Source: Antedon mediterranea
Taxonomy: Eukaryota; Animalia; Echinodermata
Reading direction: 5' to 3'
Assembly (NCBI RefSeq): GCF_964355755.1
Contig: NC_092676.1
Location: forward strand, 1,555,788-1,619,787
Length of the DNA stretch: 64,000 nt
The notes under the pieces were generated by a model. It made no database searches. It had not been told where the DNA came from and was given only the letters and a program-made list of their open reading frames with translations. Shown here in pieces: positions 41,904 through 54,200 of this stretch (position 1 is its first letter; each line of letters begins with the position of its first letter). The translations under genes were made by a program, and so were the position numbers.

Positions 41904-44900
41904 TTATTTTCCAAGTTCTTCTGTCTCCCCTTCCTCACTATCATAGCTTTGCAACACCGCTTTGTGTTGATTGTTCCACAGCTGTGTGTACAAACTATCG
42001 GGATTGCTAAGGAGTGTATAGTGGTTTCCACGTTCCTTCACAAACCCATCCTCAAAAACAAAGATCTCGTCGCAGTCCACGACGGTGGAAAGACGATGCG
42101 CTATGAAAAGCGACGTCCTTCCTTGTGTTACGGTTTCCATTGAGTTTAAAATGTTCTGAAAGAAAAGTTTACACATATTTTTCTGTAATTAAATTTGATT
42201 CACTTTTTCAAAGGCAAATGTTGACAAATAACCTCTTAAATTTTGGTAGTTGGCTTGGTTTATAGAAACTATTAGACATTCATCAGTGCTTTTTTGATTA
42301 GTGAATAGTTCTAAAGTAGAGGACTGAGCAGGTTGTAAAAAAGGGACTTTGTGGTAATTTTTCTTTTTGTGATGACTGATTTCCAAAGCACCTACTACCA
42401 CCCTATCCCCCTACTCCTTGTGTCCACCTTTAATTACCTGTTCTGTTATAGAGTCAAGAGATGAGGTAGCTTCGTCATATAAAATAATCGATGGATTCTT
42501 CAAAATTGTTCTAGCTATTGCAACACGTTGTTTCTCACCACCTATAAGAAAAATATATCAATATATATTGGCCCATCATTTTTGTATCAAATTTTGATAA
42601 TGTAGACAGAGCCTTAGAAACAGTTACTAATATGGCTTGAGAAGGGGATGTGTTAAGATAGTTCAGAGATGGGTCTTTCAAAAGCTGTTGCTCATACCTG
42701 ATAGTTTCAGGCCTCGTTCACCAACTTGCGTGTCATACCCATGCGGCATCTTTAATATACTCTCATGAATGTTGGCCATCTTGGCTGCTGCATAAACCTC
42801 TTCTGCTGTTGCATTCATATTGCCGTAATTAATGTTATAAAATATTGAATTATGGAAGAGTACAGAATCCTACAAAATACAGAAAATTATTAATAAGAGC
42901 AACAATTTTGGCAAGGAATGAAATTATTAATAATTAAAGTATTTTGTTTATATAATATACAAGCATATTCTTCTTAAGCTCTGTCTACACTATCAAACTA
43001 GTTTGACAAAAAAAGTTTAATGTGCTCAAATATGGTAGTGATATGACATCATCATGTCCATATATGGGCACATCACATTGTTTTGTCACCTAAAGTTTGA
43101 TAGTGTGGACAGAGCTTAATCAGCAAAACTCACCTGTGGAACAACACCTACATTGGATCGTAAACTTTCTAAACTGACGTCACGTATATTCTGACCATTA
43201 ACTAAAATCCTTCCAGACTTTGGATCATAAAATCTGTATAATAAACGAACTATTGTAGACTTCCTATAAAAATAAAGCAACAAATTGTTTATTATATCAT
43301 ATCTACCAAGCTATCTTCATTGTTTTCAACTTTTAATCTCTCCACCCTCTATTTATCAGCCTGTGTCTCCTTTGTTTTTATTTCTTTCATCACTCTGTTT
43401 CACATTCTCACTTGCACTGATGAACAATCATTAATTTACAGAGGACAACAGCTTACCCTGAGCCACTTCCACCAACGATGGCAACCTTACTTCCGGCAGG
43501 TACATCAAACGAGATACCCTTGAATATAGGTTGGCCATTCACATATTCAAAACATATATCCTCAAATGTAATAGATGATTCCCGAGGACTAATTGACAAC
43601 AATGGAGCATTAAGTTTTTCCTGAAGAATAAGTTAATAATAATAATGGTAAACATTTTTATATACAATACGATTGATAGTGGTTGTTTTCAATTAAATAC
43701 ATGTAATGTGCACCTTTTTAGCCAAATGAATGGTGAATATATAAGCATGTTATTTATTTGTTATTTATTTATACTGGGTAACCTCTTCAAAGACTGCTCT
43801 CCCAGAGAGTCCAGTTATGAACAGTGGCTGTGAGTGTACTAGTACACCGGGGTAGCCCCACTACTTGTCTCGAAAGATGTACTAGGTTCTTTAATGTGCA
43901 CATGAGCTATGTTGTGGGAAAAATAATAACATTTTCTGAAAATTATCAAAAACTAAATTATAACTATACCTTAACATTTGGTTCCAGATTAAGGATATTA
44001 AACATGGTTTTCATGTCAATGAGAGACTGGCGAATTTCTCGGTAGACGGTACCTAGAAAGTTGAGCGGTAACGACAGCTGAAATAGCAGTCCATTCACCA
44101 TTACCAGGTCACCAACCGTCATGTGACCTGTTTGAAAAAATTAATTCACATTTTACTATGCAGCTTATATGGCGACTTGGATACTAATTTATGGGTGGAG
44201 TGAGTGTGGGAGGAGAGATCTAATTAATTCCCAATTTTCTGTAAAGTCTTGTCTATACTATCAAACTTTATTTGACAAAAAAATGTGATGTGCCCATATA
44301 TGGACATGATGTTATATCACTACCATATTTGGGCATATCACTACCATATTTGGCCACACCAGTTTTTTGTCACAAAAAGTTTGTTAGCGTAGACAGAGTT
44401 AAACATGAAATGAATGAATAACAGATCTGGTGCTGGTACACAAAACAAAAAATCAAAATGTGCACTAACATAACATAATCAATTTAGCAAAGATTTTATA
44501 TTTTATTGGACGAAATAAATACTGCAAGAGCAGTGCATTATTATTATTATTATTTAATTGATAGGTTTGTAACAAACTATATCGTTTACCTGCAACGATT
44601 CCCTTACAAGCCATCACCATGATCAAAGCTAAGGACGAGCTGAATACAATATTCTGACCAAAGTTTAGCATTGCTAGACTCGTTGACGTCTTCAGCGATG
44701 CTTTCTCAAATTTCTCAAGTGACGAATCGTACATCTTTGCTTCATGTTGCTCATTGTTGAAATATTTAACAGTTTCGTAATTAATGAGGGAGTCAATAGC
44801 CAGATTGCCTGCCTGATTATCGGCTTTGTTCATTTGAACTCTGAACTTTGTCCTCCATGATGTAATACCAAGAGTAAGAGCAGCGTAGGCAGCGATAGTT

Positions 44901-47731
44901 GATAATGTTACTACAGCAAACTGGGGCCCACATCTCCAATACTTAAAATAATTATAAAAAACGAATATTAGGTATTAGGTATTAAGTATGGTATAGTTGA
45001 CTATCTAAGTAATGTAGAATGTTTTATTTTAATTCATTGGACCAACTGGACGTTAGATACATACATTATTTTATTATGATCATCTTTGTAATAATCCAAC
45101 TGATTCTCAGTACTGTATCTATATCCAAAGTATCATAGGAATATTTGGTAATACAACATCACATGTGTTTCACATGCATCTAGAGTAACCTAACCCTTAA
45201 CCTAACTTTACATGATACAGGTACCACATGTGATGCTGTATTACTAAATATTCCTATGATACTTCGGAAATAGATTGTATGTGGAGATACAGCACTGGGA
45301 ATCGGGTGTAATAATCAAGGAAAGGCTGCTGAGTATTAGCATCCAGCCATGACGACTGTGTTGCCTTCTGGTCCTGTTTCATAACTGGTCAAAAATGAAA
45401 TAAAACTACTAAAATGAAATCTACTTAATAGAAAAGCTTACCAATATACCTGCAACTAAACTAACTTCAAAAGCAGTAGGAACAATGTTGAACACTAATG
45501 CAGAAAGTGTGAAATTAATGCCTCTGAAAAAATCAAACCAAATCAATGTCAAAATATTTATAGTTACCCAATTTAAATGAGGATTAATTAAAACTTTAAA
45601 CAATATACTGTAATATCTTACCTACTACCTCTATCAATGGCTTTAGAGAGTGCTCCTGTTTGTCGACTTAAGTGGAAATTTAAATCTAAGGAATGCAGGT
45701 GAAGGAAGACATTCTTAGCAACTCGTCTGATTGAGTTCTGAGCTACTTTAGCAAATACTGCATTTCTAAGTTCATTGAAAAGAGATGCCCCTGCTCTTGC
45801 AGCACCGTCTGTACAAAATAAGTTAATATTAATGATTACGGTAAAGTTATTTTTTTTCAACATAATGGAATCAGCTGTTAAGCTCTGTCTACACACAAAA
45901 AAATGTGATGTGCCTAAATATGGTAGTGATATGCTTAAATATGGTAGTAATATGACATCATATCCATGTCCATATATGGGAACATCACATTTTTTTGTCA
46001 CATAAAGTTTGATAGTGTGGACAGAGCTTTAGCAGCTCATTGTACTAAAGCAGGTGATGATGATCTCTACATATAATACTTTACAAGCTATAAATAAGCA
46101 TCCAGTTGCTCTTAACTTACATCCTATTAATAATGTTGTAGCAACCGTGAGGGCGGTGCCTCCAGCAGCGGCAGCCACGCCCACTGCTTGCCCCGTGTTC
46201 AAAGTATCCACAGCATACTTAAACAGGAAAGGCACTGAAACACTTGCCATCTAAAAATAAGATAACAAAGTTGGGAAAGTGCTTTCTTCACTTTATAAAG
46301 TGTGACCAAACAATAGAGGGAGCTATTACTGAAACAAGAAAGTGTGATCAGCCAATAGAGGGAGCTAAAGATAACAATTTAGAACAATTAAATGATGAAC
46401 TGTATAACTTTGATACTTTAATTTTATGGATAGATTTTAAATTTACCATACTATGAATTAACTGTATAGGTATTATTAAGCATGTACGGTCATTGAAAAT
46501 TATATTATTAAGGATGCTTTGTATGTGAAGTTAACAGTAATAATATTCTATCATGCCATGCAGACAACAAAGTTTTTTAAATACCTTTGAGCCTAGAAGC
46601 AAGCTTACAGCGATAACTACTCTAACTTTGATAGAAGTTGCATCTTTTGGCCAAATATACCGGGCCATAGCCGTGACAATCTGCCAACCATTCACCTCGC
46701 CATTTTTACCATTTTGATTTCCTTCCCCCGGACCGTGTCCATGGAAACACGTCCTTGCCAACGTGCAAGAAGTCCATTTCTGAGAAAAAAAAAACCAATT
46801 AAATCATAATCAAGTGTAAACAACCCTTTAAAAATGACAATGTTGTAATTTTTTAGGAATAAAGTTTTTGTAGTTTACATGCAGCAAATAGATAACCAGA
46901 TATAATAACAGTTCTGTAGTACAAATAAATAATACTATGCTTTTCAATTGAGTACTTACCTTTTTTATAAAAGGTACTTTTGAGGATTTTGAAAACTGTT
47001 GATTAACAAAACGTAAACAGAAGAACCTTGATGGATTCTAAAACGAAAAAAAAAAAAAAACATTTCACAAAATGTTGATTGTTTAATAAATAATGCATTA
47101 CTACTACACAATATTTAATTTTTAAAAAGGTAATTTAATTTGATGTTAAGTAAAGGTATTATAATTTATATTACTAATTAATTAATTATTACTAATTAGG
47201 ATTGCATTGACATAAATAATAGCAATGTTGTGTTGGGAGAGTGAAATCTGTGATAGGTGGGAGTGGCAGGCATCCAATCAGGAAACTGTCAAATCACTCT
47301 CCCTCCAAAAAAGGGCCAAAAAACAACAGGGTTGTCAGGGAGGGCCAATGTTTTGTTTCACTAAAAAAATGACAATGACACATGACGATCAGACTGCACC
47401 AAAACTGCTAGGCTTCTCCTAATGGTAATCAAATCAGATGATGATACATGCTATATAGAATTCTAGGCCTAGCCTACATGCATGTCTAGTGTTGAGCCGG
47501 CGGAGTCGACCCGACTTCATTCAATTCATCATAATACAATACAAGGCTACACAAGCAAGCCTAAATAATAAAAGTAAATGAATCGCTGACTCATTCTACC
47601 TTATTCAATGGGGATCTATTAAACCTAGTGCAGTTCTCAAAATACGATGAACTCAATTTTTTCCCGTAGTATTGTGAATACTGTAATATATTGGATTTTA
47701 TCTTCCCTGTTCTTAAAAGCGCAACAGCCAT
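41904..47731 (-). CDS. ABCB7: Mitochondrial ABC transporter B7 (Atm1 ortholog, Fe-S export), ~13 exons
   Basis: Exon 1 47731-47600 [12 protein letters not shown] (presequence-like); [49 protein letters not shown], Walker [33 protein letters not shown]; stop at 41904. Confidence 0.97.
42977..43116. mobile_element. Harbinger-type MITE family A
   Basis: Both TIRs, TTA/TAA flanks; a partial copy also lies at ~42570-42612. Confidence 0.9.
44245..44400. mobile_element. Harbinger-type MITE family A (opposite orientation)
   Basis: Family internal repeats ATATCACTACCATATTTGG; diverged TIRs. Confidence 0.8.
45097..45308. mobile_element. Fold-back MITE with 8-bp TSD (hAT/P-like)
   Basis: TSD TAATAATC (45089-45096, 45309-45316); arms ~80 bp (AAGTATCATAGGAATATTTGGTAATAC and its reverse complement); central TAACCTAACCCTTAACCTAAC. 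Confidence 0.75.
45881..46028. mobile_element. Harbinger-type MITE family A
   Basis: TTA-flanked, both TIR ends present. Confidence 0.85.
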
Positions 47732-47734
47732 TCC

Positions 47735-47860
47735 GATACCTTTTTTGCGCTCTCGTTTTTTTTACGCTCGAGTTGTTTTTCGCACAACAAATTTGCATGG
47801 TTGGTGGCAGCAGACAGCAAAACACGTTTGCGATAAATGGTTCCCATGCGGTGGTAAGAT
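47735..47860. promoter_or_regulatory. Putative compact bidirectional promoter ABCB7/UPRT
   Basis: ABCB7 ATG at 47731(-); probable UPRT non-coding first-exon donor GTAAGA at ~47854 and acceptor at 48317-48318; CpG-enriched. Confidence 0.55.
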
Positions 47861-48327
47861 CTCGGTAATAATACCATTTTATAGCATAATTATACAGTTT
47901 TTATTAATAAAAAATACAGTACATATTATAGTATAGTATTATGTAACGTTTAGTACTGTTATTTATACTTTCGGTCGGTAATACGTTGTATTTTGGAGTC
48001 GTATAGTTGTAAGGCATGGTTGTCACTGCTATATCCAGCAAGTAGAAGTGGAAGCAGCCCGTTTGTAAATTGATCCAAAGTCGATTCGTCCCACACCATT
48101 TTAAAATTTACTTTTAATAAAGACAAAACTATATTTTTAGCCTTTTATTAATACTTTATTGGACTATTATAGTATTTAGTTCATTATCTGATATTACTTT
48201 TGATATAATTATAAATAATAAATTTTTTTCAAAAATGTAAAATTCATCAATTAATACTAGGCCTATACAGTATAAACTAGATTAATATCAAATAATATCC
48301 TTTTAATATTTTCACTAGCACGTCATA

Positions 48328-50280
48328 ATGGAGGCAAGTAACAACGATGAAAAAACCAATACCAACATCTTAGAACGCTCAGAGTTTGGGGTTCAATTAA
48401 AGATTTTACGAATAAATGATCAAATACGAGAATTGCAAACTATTATACGAGACAAGTAGGTAGAACATTTCTCTGTCAATTGTATTCAAATGAATAGACA
48501 AATGAATATGCAAATGAATATGCAAATGAATATGCAAATGAATATGCAAATGAATAGACAAATGAATATGCAAATGAATATGCAAATTGGTCACTCAAAA
48601 CTTCTATCAGTATGTTGATGTCATTCTAATTCTAATTCTGTTATATTTTTGTTAAAAAAGAACAATTTGATCAATAATGTTGGTCTTTCTTTTCAGACAA
48701 ACAAGTAGGGGAGATTTCGTATTTTATGCAGATCGACTGGTATGGGATATTAATTATTATAATTAATATAATAATGAGTCTTAAATGACCATGTATTTCA
48801 ATTTATTTTCCTATTTTAAAATTCTTGTATGTATGTATGTTCCTTGATTGTAAACCAAGAAAATGTTTTCACTATTAAGATAATATGTGTTGTATGTTTT
48901 ATTTTACTTATCATTTATAGATTCGATTAGTGGTTGAGGAGGGATTGAACCAATTACCTTATACAAATTGTGTGGTGACCACCCCAACAGGCCAACCTTT
49001 TGACGGCATTCAATTTGCTAAGGGTAACTGTGGAGTGAGCATCATGAGAAGTGGTGAGTGCCAAATGAAAATTATTATTTATTATTATTATATATACATA
49101 TACAGGTATTTATATTATATATCAATAACATGTTTTTAAATGCAAAAGACAGTTTATACTGTAGTATATATATATTATTCATTGAATAGGTGAAGCTATG
49201 GAGCATGGACTACGAGATTGTTGTCGCTCAATCCGTATTGGCAAGATATTAGTGAAGAGCAACGATGATACCGGAGAGGCTAAAGTATTCTATGCAAAAT
49301 TCCCGTCAGATATTCACAATCGAAAGGTCCTACTCATGTACCCTATACTAAGTAAGTCTTCCTTTGATACAGACACTGGATCCTGTACCTGCTGTATATA
49401 TAGTAATAAATAATTTAAAAGTGGAATTTCACAAAATAAAGTCTAGGGCAATTAGTAATTAAAAAAATGATATTTATTATGTATGTTTTAGTGATAATGT
49501 ATTGACTGTTTTGTTGCTTTTGTGTTGTAGATTCAGGTAATACTGTAATCCAGGCAGTTAGAGTGCTAAGAGAACATGGTGTCAAAGATTCAAACATTAT
49601 TCTGTTGACCCTATTCTGTACCCCACATGGTAAGTTACCACAGCAGGTGATATAAAACATTCAGTCTGTTTCAACCAAATTGTTAAATCATTGACATATA
49701 TAAATCCATGGATTGTTAAAGACATAGATAACCATCTCCAGCAATAAACAATATCATTTTCTGTCCTTGAAACTACTGGGTATAAATCCTAAATTGAAGC
49801 TAAATTTGGACACAAGACTAAAGCATTAATTTTTAAAATCTGACCTACTCCCTAATTTAAACAAGAAAATCTAACAAAAGGATGCTGAGCTCTGGAGATC
49901 AAAGGGTTTATCTGTGGCTGCGACGCATCCTATAACAGGCACCGCGTGCTGCATAGAATATGTACATAGTACAGTACTGTTGGTATATTTGTTGCAGCCA
50001 GACTTAATTAAGATCAAAGGATTGTTACGAGTTCCTATCTTGGCAAGGCAAGCTCAGTGTCCCGCTGTTAGATTGCCTTGATTTAAGTAGCCAGACTCCC
50101 TCGGACAATACTCAATAATACATGGTTTTTGATTTATATTTTCTTATCTCATTAATATTATTCATGTTTTTAGGAGTGAGAGCCGTGATAAATAAAGCAA
50201 GAGATATTACAATATTAACATCAGAGGTCCATACGACGACTCCTAACCATTTTGGAACTAAGTACTTTGGAACAGATTGA
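48328..50280 (+). CDS. UPRT: Uracil phosphoribosyltransferase homolog, 6 coding exons
   Basis: NDQIRELQTIIRDK/QTSRGDFVFYADRL/IRLVVEEGLNQLPY...GNCGVSIMRSGEAME..LRDCCRSIRIGKIL...VLLMYPIL...PNHFGTKYFGTD*. Confidence 0.95.
48487..48588. repeat. 12-bp tandem repeat containing octamer motifs
   Basis: (CAAATGAATATG)n, ~8 units giving 6 copies of ATGCAAAT. Confidence 0.9.
49862..50080. mobile_element. MITE-like inverted-repeat element (possibly P-like) in the last UPRT intron
   Basis: CAAG..AATCTAACA..GGATGCTGAGCT / AGCTCAGTGTCC..TGTTAGATT..CTTG; flanks ATTTAAA / ATTTAAG. Confidence 0.55.
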
Positions 50281-50651
50281 ACAGATTATACAAGTGTACT
50301 AAAATGAGGCCTGAAAAGACGTCGGGATGTAGAACTTGCCAGATATTTAATTTAGATATTTATTTTAAGATATTAAAGGATAGTGAGATGAGGGACATGC
50401 ACTGTCAAGCAAAGATATAATATAAAGCAGAGGGTTTGGGATCTCAATGATGTTCTAAAAATGTCTTCTAAAATTATAATTTGTAAAGAGGTGCTTGGAT
50501 GAAATCCAGTAATACCTGTATAAAGACCAATGTTTAATGCTCCAATTTTATCAAGGATTTAAAATGTTTAGTTTGTTAGTACATTAGAGAAAAGTGTAAA
50601 TACAGTAGTGTAGTAGACAGTACCATACTTAAGTCAAGTGTCATTTTAATC

Positions 50652-50711
50652 ATGTCCATATGGGCACATCACATTTTTTGTGAAATGAATTTTGATAGTT
50701 TAGACAGAGCT
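50652..50711. mobile_element. Harbinger-type MITE family A, right half
   Basis: CATGTCCATATGGGCACATCACA...TAGACAGAGCT. Confidence 0.7.
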
Positions 50712-51230
50712 CAAGATTTATTTTCTGAGAATATCCATTTTGAGAATGGAACCTGTACCAGTTGTTTACTTACAGAACTGATTAAAGATGAAATTTTATA
50801 TAGTATATCAAAGTGTGTTTTAATTTCTATGGACTAAACAAAACATTCACTGCTGGATATAAACTTAGTCTAGGTTCTAGACGGAGTTTTGGCACATATG
50901 GCATTTCATACGTATACTACTTGAGCTCAGAGACAAAACTCAAAAAGTCGATTGGTTAACTGACAAACTGGCACTTTCATACATATACTATTTGAACTCG
51001 TAGACAAAAAACGAAAAGCCAATTGGTGGAAGAACAATAAGAAAAGCCAATTGGTGGAAGAACAATAACTATAGACAAGAAAAAAAACTACAAGTACATC
51101 AGTGTATTCTTGGTGTTGTTAGATTACAATTTATTGATAACTTGAAACAATACACCATTCATGGTTTTATATTTTATACAATTGTCAGGTTGATGGTTTT
51201 CGATAGCATTCTTTTAGTTTTTTCTTTGTC

Positions 51231-54200
51231 TTATCGTTGCGCCAATCTCTTTTCCCTCTCCTCTGCAATTGACATTCTGATGCCCTTTCCTTTAGGAAGA
51301 GAAACCAGTGACTTGGTTCCCTTACCGATAATGAAGACATTGCTCAGACGGGTAGCAAAGGTATGGCCTACAGAACAAACACAAAATAAACATTTATAAT
51401 ATTTTTACACAGGAGTGAAAAAGTGAATAGCCGTGAATCTAGATATCCTAATCCTTACAGATATTGTATAAAGACTAATTTCACTGATACATTCAGGCAA
51501 TTGTACCACACCACTCTCAGCTTATATTATGTTTAAGTATGTTTAATTGAAAGTGATTACATAAAAAAACAGGCAAAATATGGCAATATTTTCCAAAAAC
51601 TCATTTCTAAAAAAATCGGACAGAAAATAGTATTTTTTAAATACATTACACTTTTTCAGTAACTTAGTGGTAATTAGTTTAGTATCTAACCCGAACCATT
51701 ACACTTAAGTCAATCAAACCCAACTTAAGTACATACCTGTATTATCCTTGATATGTACAATGTCAAAAGATCCAGGATGTTTCTCACGGTGTACAACAAC
51801 ACCGACACGCCCCAAGTTACGCCCTCCGGTGATCATGCACATGTTGCCTTTAAACAAGAAAGTAAGTTAATCACAACATTTATCAATATAGCTCTAATAA
51901 AGTATATCATAGTATTTCCAATTCTATTTTTTAACATTGGCAGATGTTTCTATCATTTCAAGCTACCTTTTGTAGCCACGCAACTACGTAGCTATTGAGT
52001 CAAAAAGTCATTCAGTGCAGAAACATATGAGCATGCTTAGAATAACTTCTTTTCAACAGACAGTTGCAAAGTTTAAAAGATAAGATTTAAATACTAACCA
52101 CTTTCAAACTTCAAGTAGTCTGTGATTTTTCCTGTGCCGATGTCGATTTTGACAGTGTCAAAGACCTTAGCAAGAGGGTCTGGGTAGCGCACTGTGCGGG
52201 CATCGTGGGTGCTCAAGAATGGGATTCCCTTTGGTCCTGTCCACACCTTCTTTACTTTACAAAGCTTGAACTGAGAATGTAATTTGTATGTTACTTAGTT
52301 GTATTTAGTAATTATATGGCATATAACAAAGTAATAGTACAGTAGTTCAGAATTGGAAACAATTATTGGAAACACAATTAAAGTGTAGTCTTAATATTGA
52401 GTGTAGCATTCTTGGGTGAATGCCAACAGAGTATGTAAAACCCTGCAGGCGACCGTTAAACGCAGGTTACTGTTGGCCTAATTTGACCATTTACATGACT
52501 AATAACATATAAATGACTTCGAATAGGCCTAATAAAATAACAGATATAATATAATGTTGGAATAAGGGATTCTGCAGCAGCATATTCATAAATCAAGTTC
52601 ATCAAATTCCGATTATTATGTGTACTCTAAATGTTTATACTTTAAACTTGGTTGACGTTAATGGGTCGTTAAATAGCTTCCCTTCACCCTTCCTTTTCTT
52701 TATACTTTTTCAATACTATAATTACTGTAAAGAGGTTTGAGGGATCTGGGTACGAACATTGCTTATATTTAAAAGATAACCTGTATTGACAATATTTAGT
52801 TCAAAACCATTAATTAAATAAAATATATGTGTTAAAATCCTCATACCTTTGCTTCTTCAACTCCAATTCTGTGAACAGTAAATCGACCTTTGACATCATA
52901 AATGAGGCGGAAGTTCTCACCAGTTTTTTCAATAGTGATCACATCTAATAACAAAAAGCATAATTACAATAGTATACATTAAACTAAAATGGAAAAGAAA
53001 ACAATTACTATTTATTGTAAACATTAGAATAAATGCGGGTAAACAGCATGTTATTGATTGAATTATTACAAAAAAAAATGAAATTGATTTTTGTCTCAAT
53101 TAAATTCAAAGTAGAGTCATGTCTTGTGATCATTCTATTTTGACCTCCAGATAAAACTTTCTTTATCAGAACTATGAATGGATGACTAGACGAGAGCATG
53201 AATGTTGTTGTACCATTGAGCGCTGTACCGTTGAGCGCAGTACCGTTGAACGCAGTACCATTTTTTATTCAGGAAACTTACCCATGAATCCTGCTGGATA
53301 AGTGACGTCAGTTCGGACTTTGTTATCAACTTTGATTGATCGTTGCTTCATTATCTTCTTCACTTCATCATAAGTCAACGCATACTTTAAACGATTTCGG
53401 AGAAATACAGCCATTGGCAAACATTCTCGCAATTTGTGTGGGCCAGTTGATGGACGTGGAGCCTATATATTCATACCAAAAAAAATGTTTTTTTCCTTTT
53501 TTACTATGTTTTTGAAATCAACAAGACAATTAAAGTATTTTTAAGTCATTACCAACAAAGTGTTTGTTGGTGCCATATATTTCTGTTTTGGAAATAAGAT
53601 AGAACATTTATTATTATAAATAAAGTATATATTTTTTTAACAATATTTCTGTTTAGTAAATCATTTTATTTTACCTATAATTAACATTTGTAGTACTTTT
53701 AATATCTTTAATTGACTTACGAATGAACCTGAAAGTTTGTCCAACATCCAATGTTTTGGTGCCGCAAGGCGCTTAAGATGCTTTTTAGGACCACGAGCCT
53801 GGAAGTAAAAACAAATTACATTTACATAGTTTTATAATATATACTATACTTTACCAGTACCTAGGCCAACTAAACAACAAGCATATTTCCTACACATGAA
53901 CTGGTGACTGGATGTGTTATGCGCGATTTGAACGATTTGCGCAATTTGAAATTGCGCAAAAAAATCCTTGCGCAATTTTAAATTGCGCAAGAATTATTTG
54001 CGCAATTTCAAATTGCGCAAGGATTTTTTTGCGCAATTTCAAATTGCGCAATCAACTTGCGCAATTTCAAATTGCGCAAGAAAATCTTTGCGCAATTTTA
54101 AATTGCGCTGCACAATTTGTAAATTGCGCAAGATAGTTCTTGCGCAATATGACACCTTTGCGCAATTTGAAAACGAACTGTAAATTTTCCCATACATGGC

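Noticed and set aside
49880-50130. 7SK snRNA (GGATG start, two GATC, TGGCTGCGAC, GTGTCCC resemble the vertebrate 7SK 5' stem)
   Set aside because: The inverted repeat extends outside the GGATG start with a TSD-like flank; no recognisable 7SK 3' hairpin or clear PSE. A MITE is more parsimonious, though an Infernal search would settle it.
53881-53895. GCATATTTCCTACA resembling the U17/snR30 m1 motif
   Set aside because: Antisense to the host gene, no m2 (AAACCAT) motif, and no H/ACA architecture.
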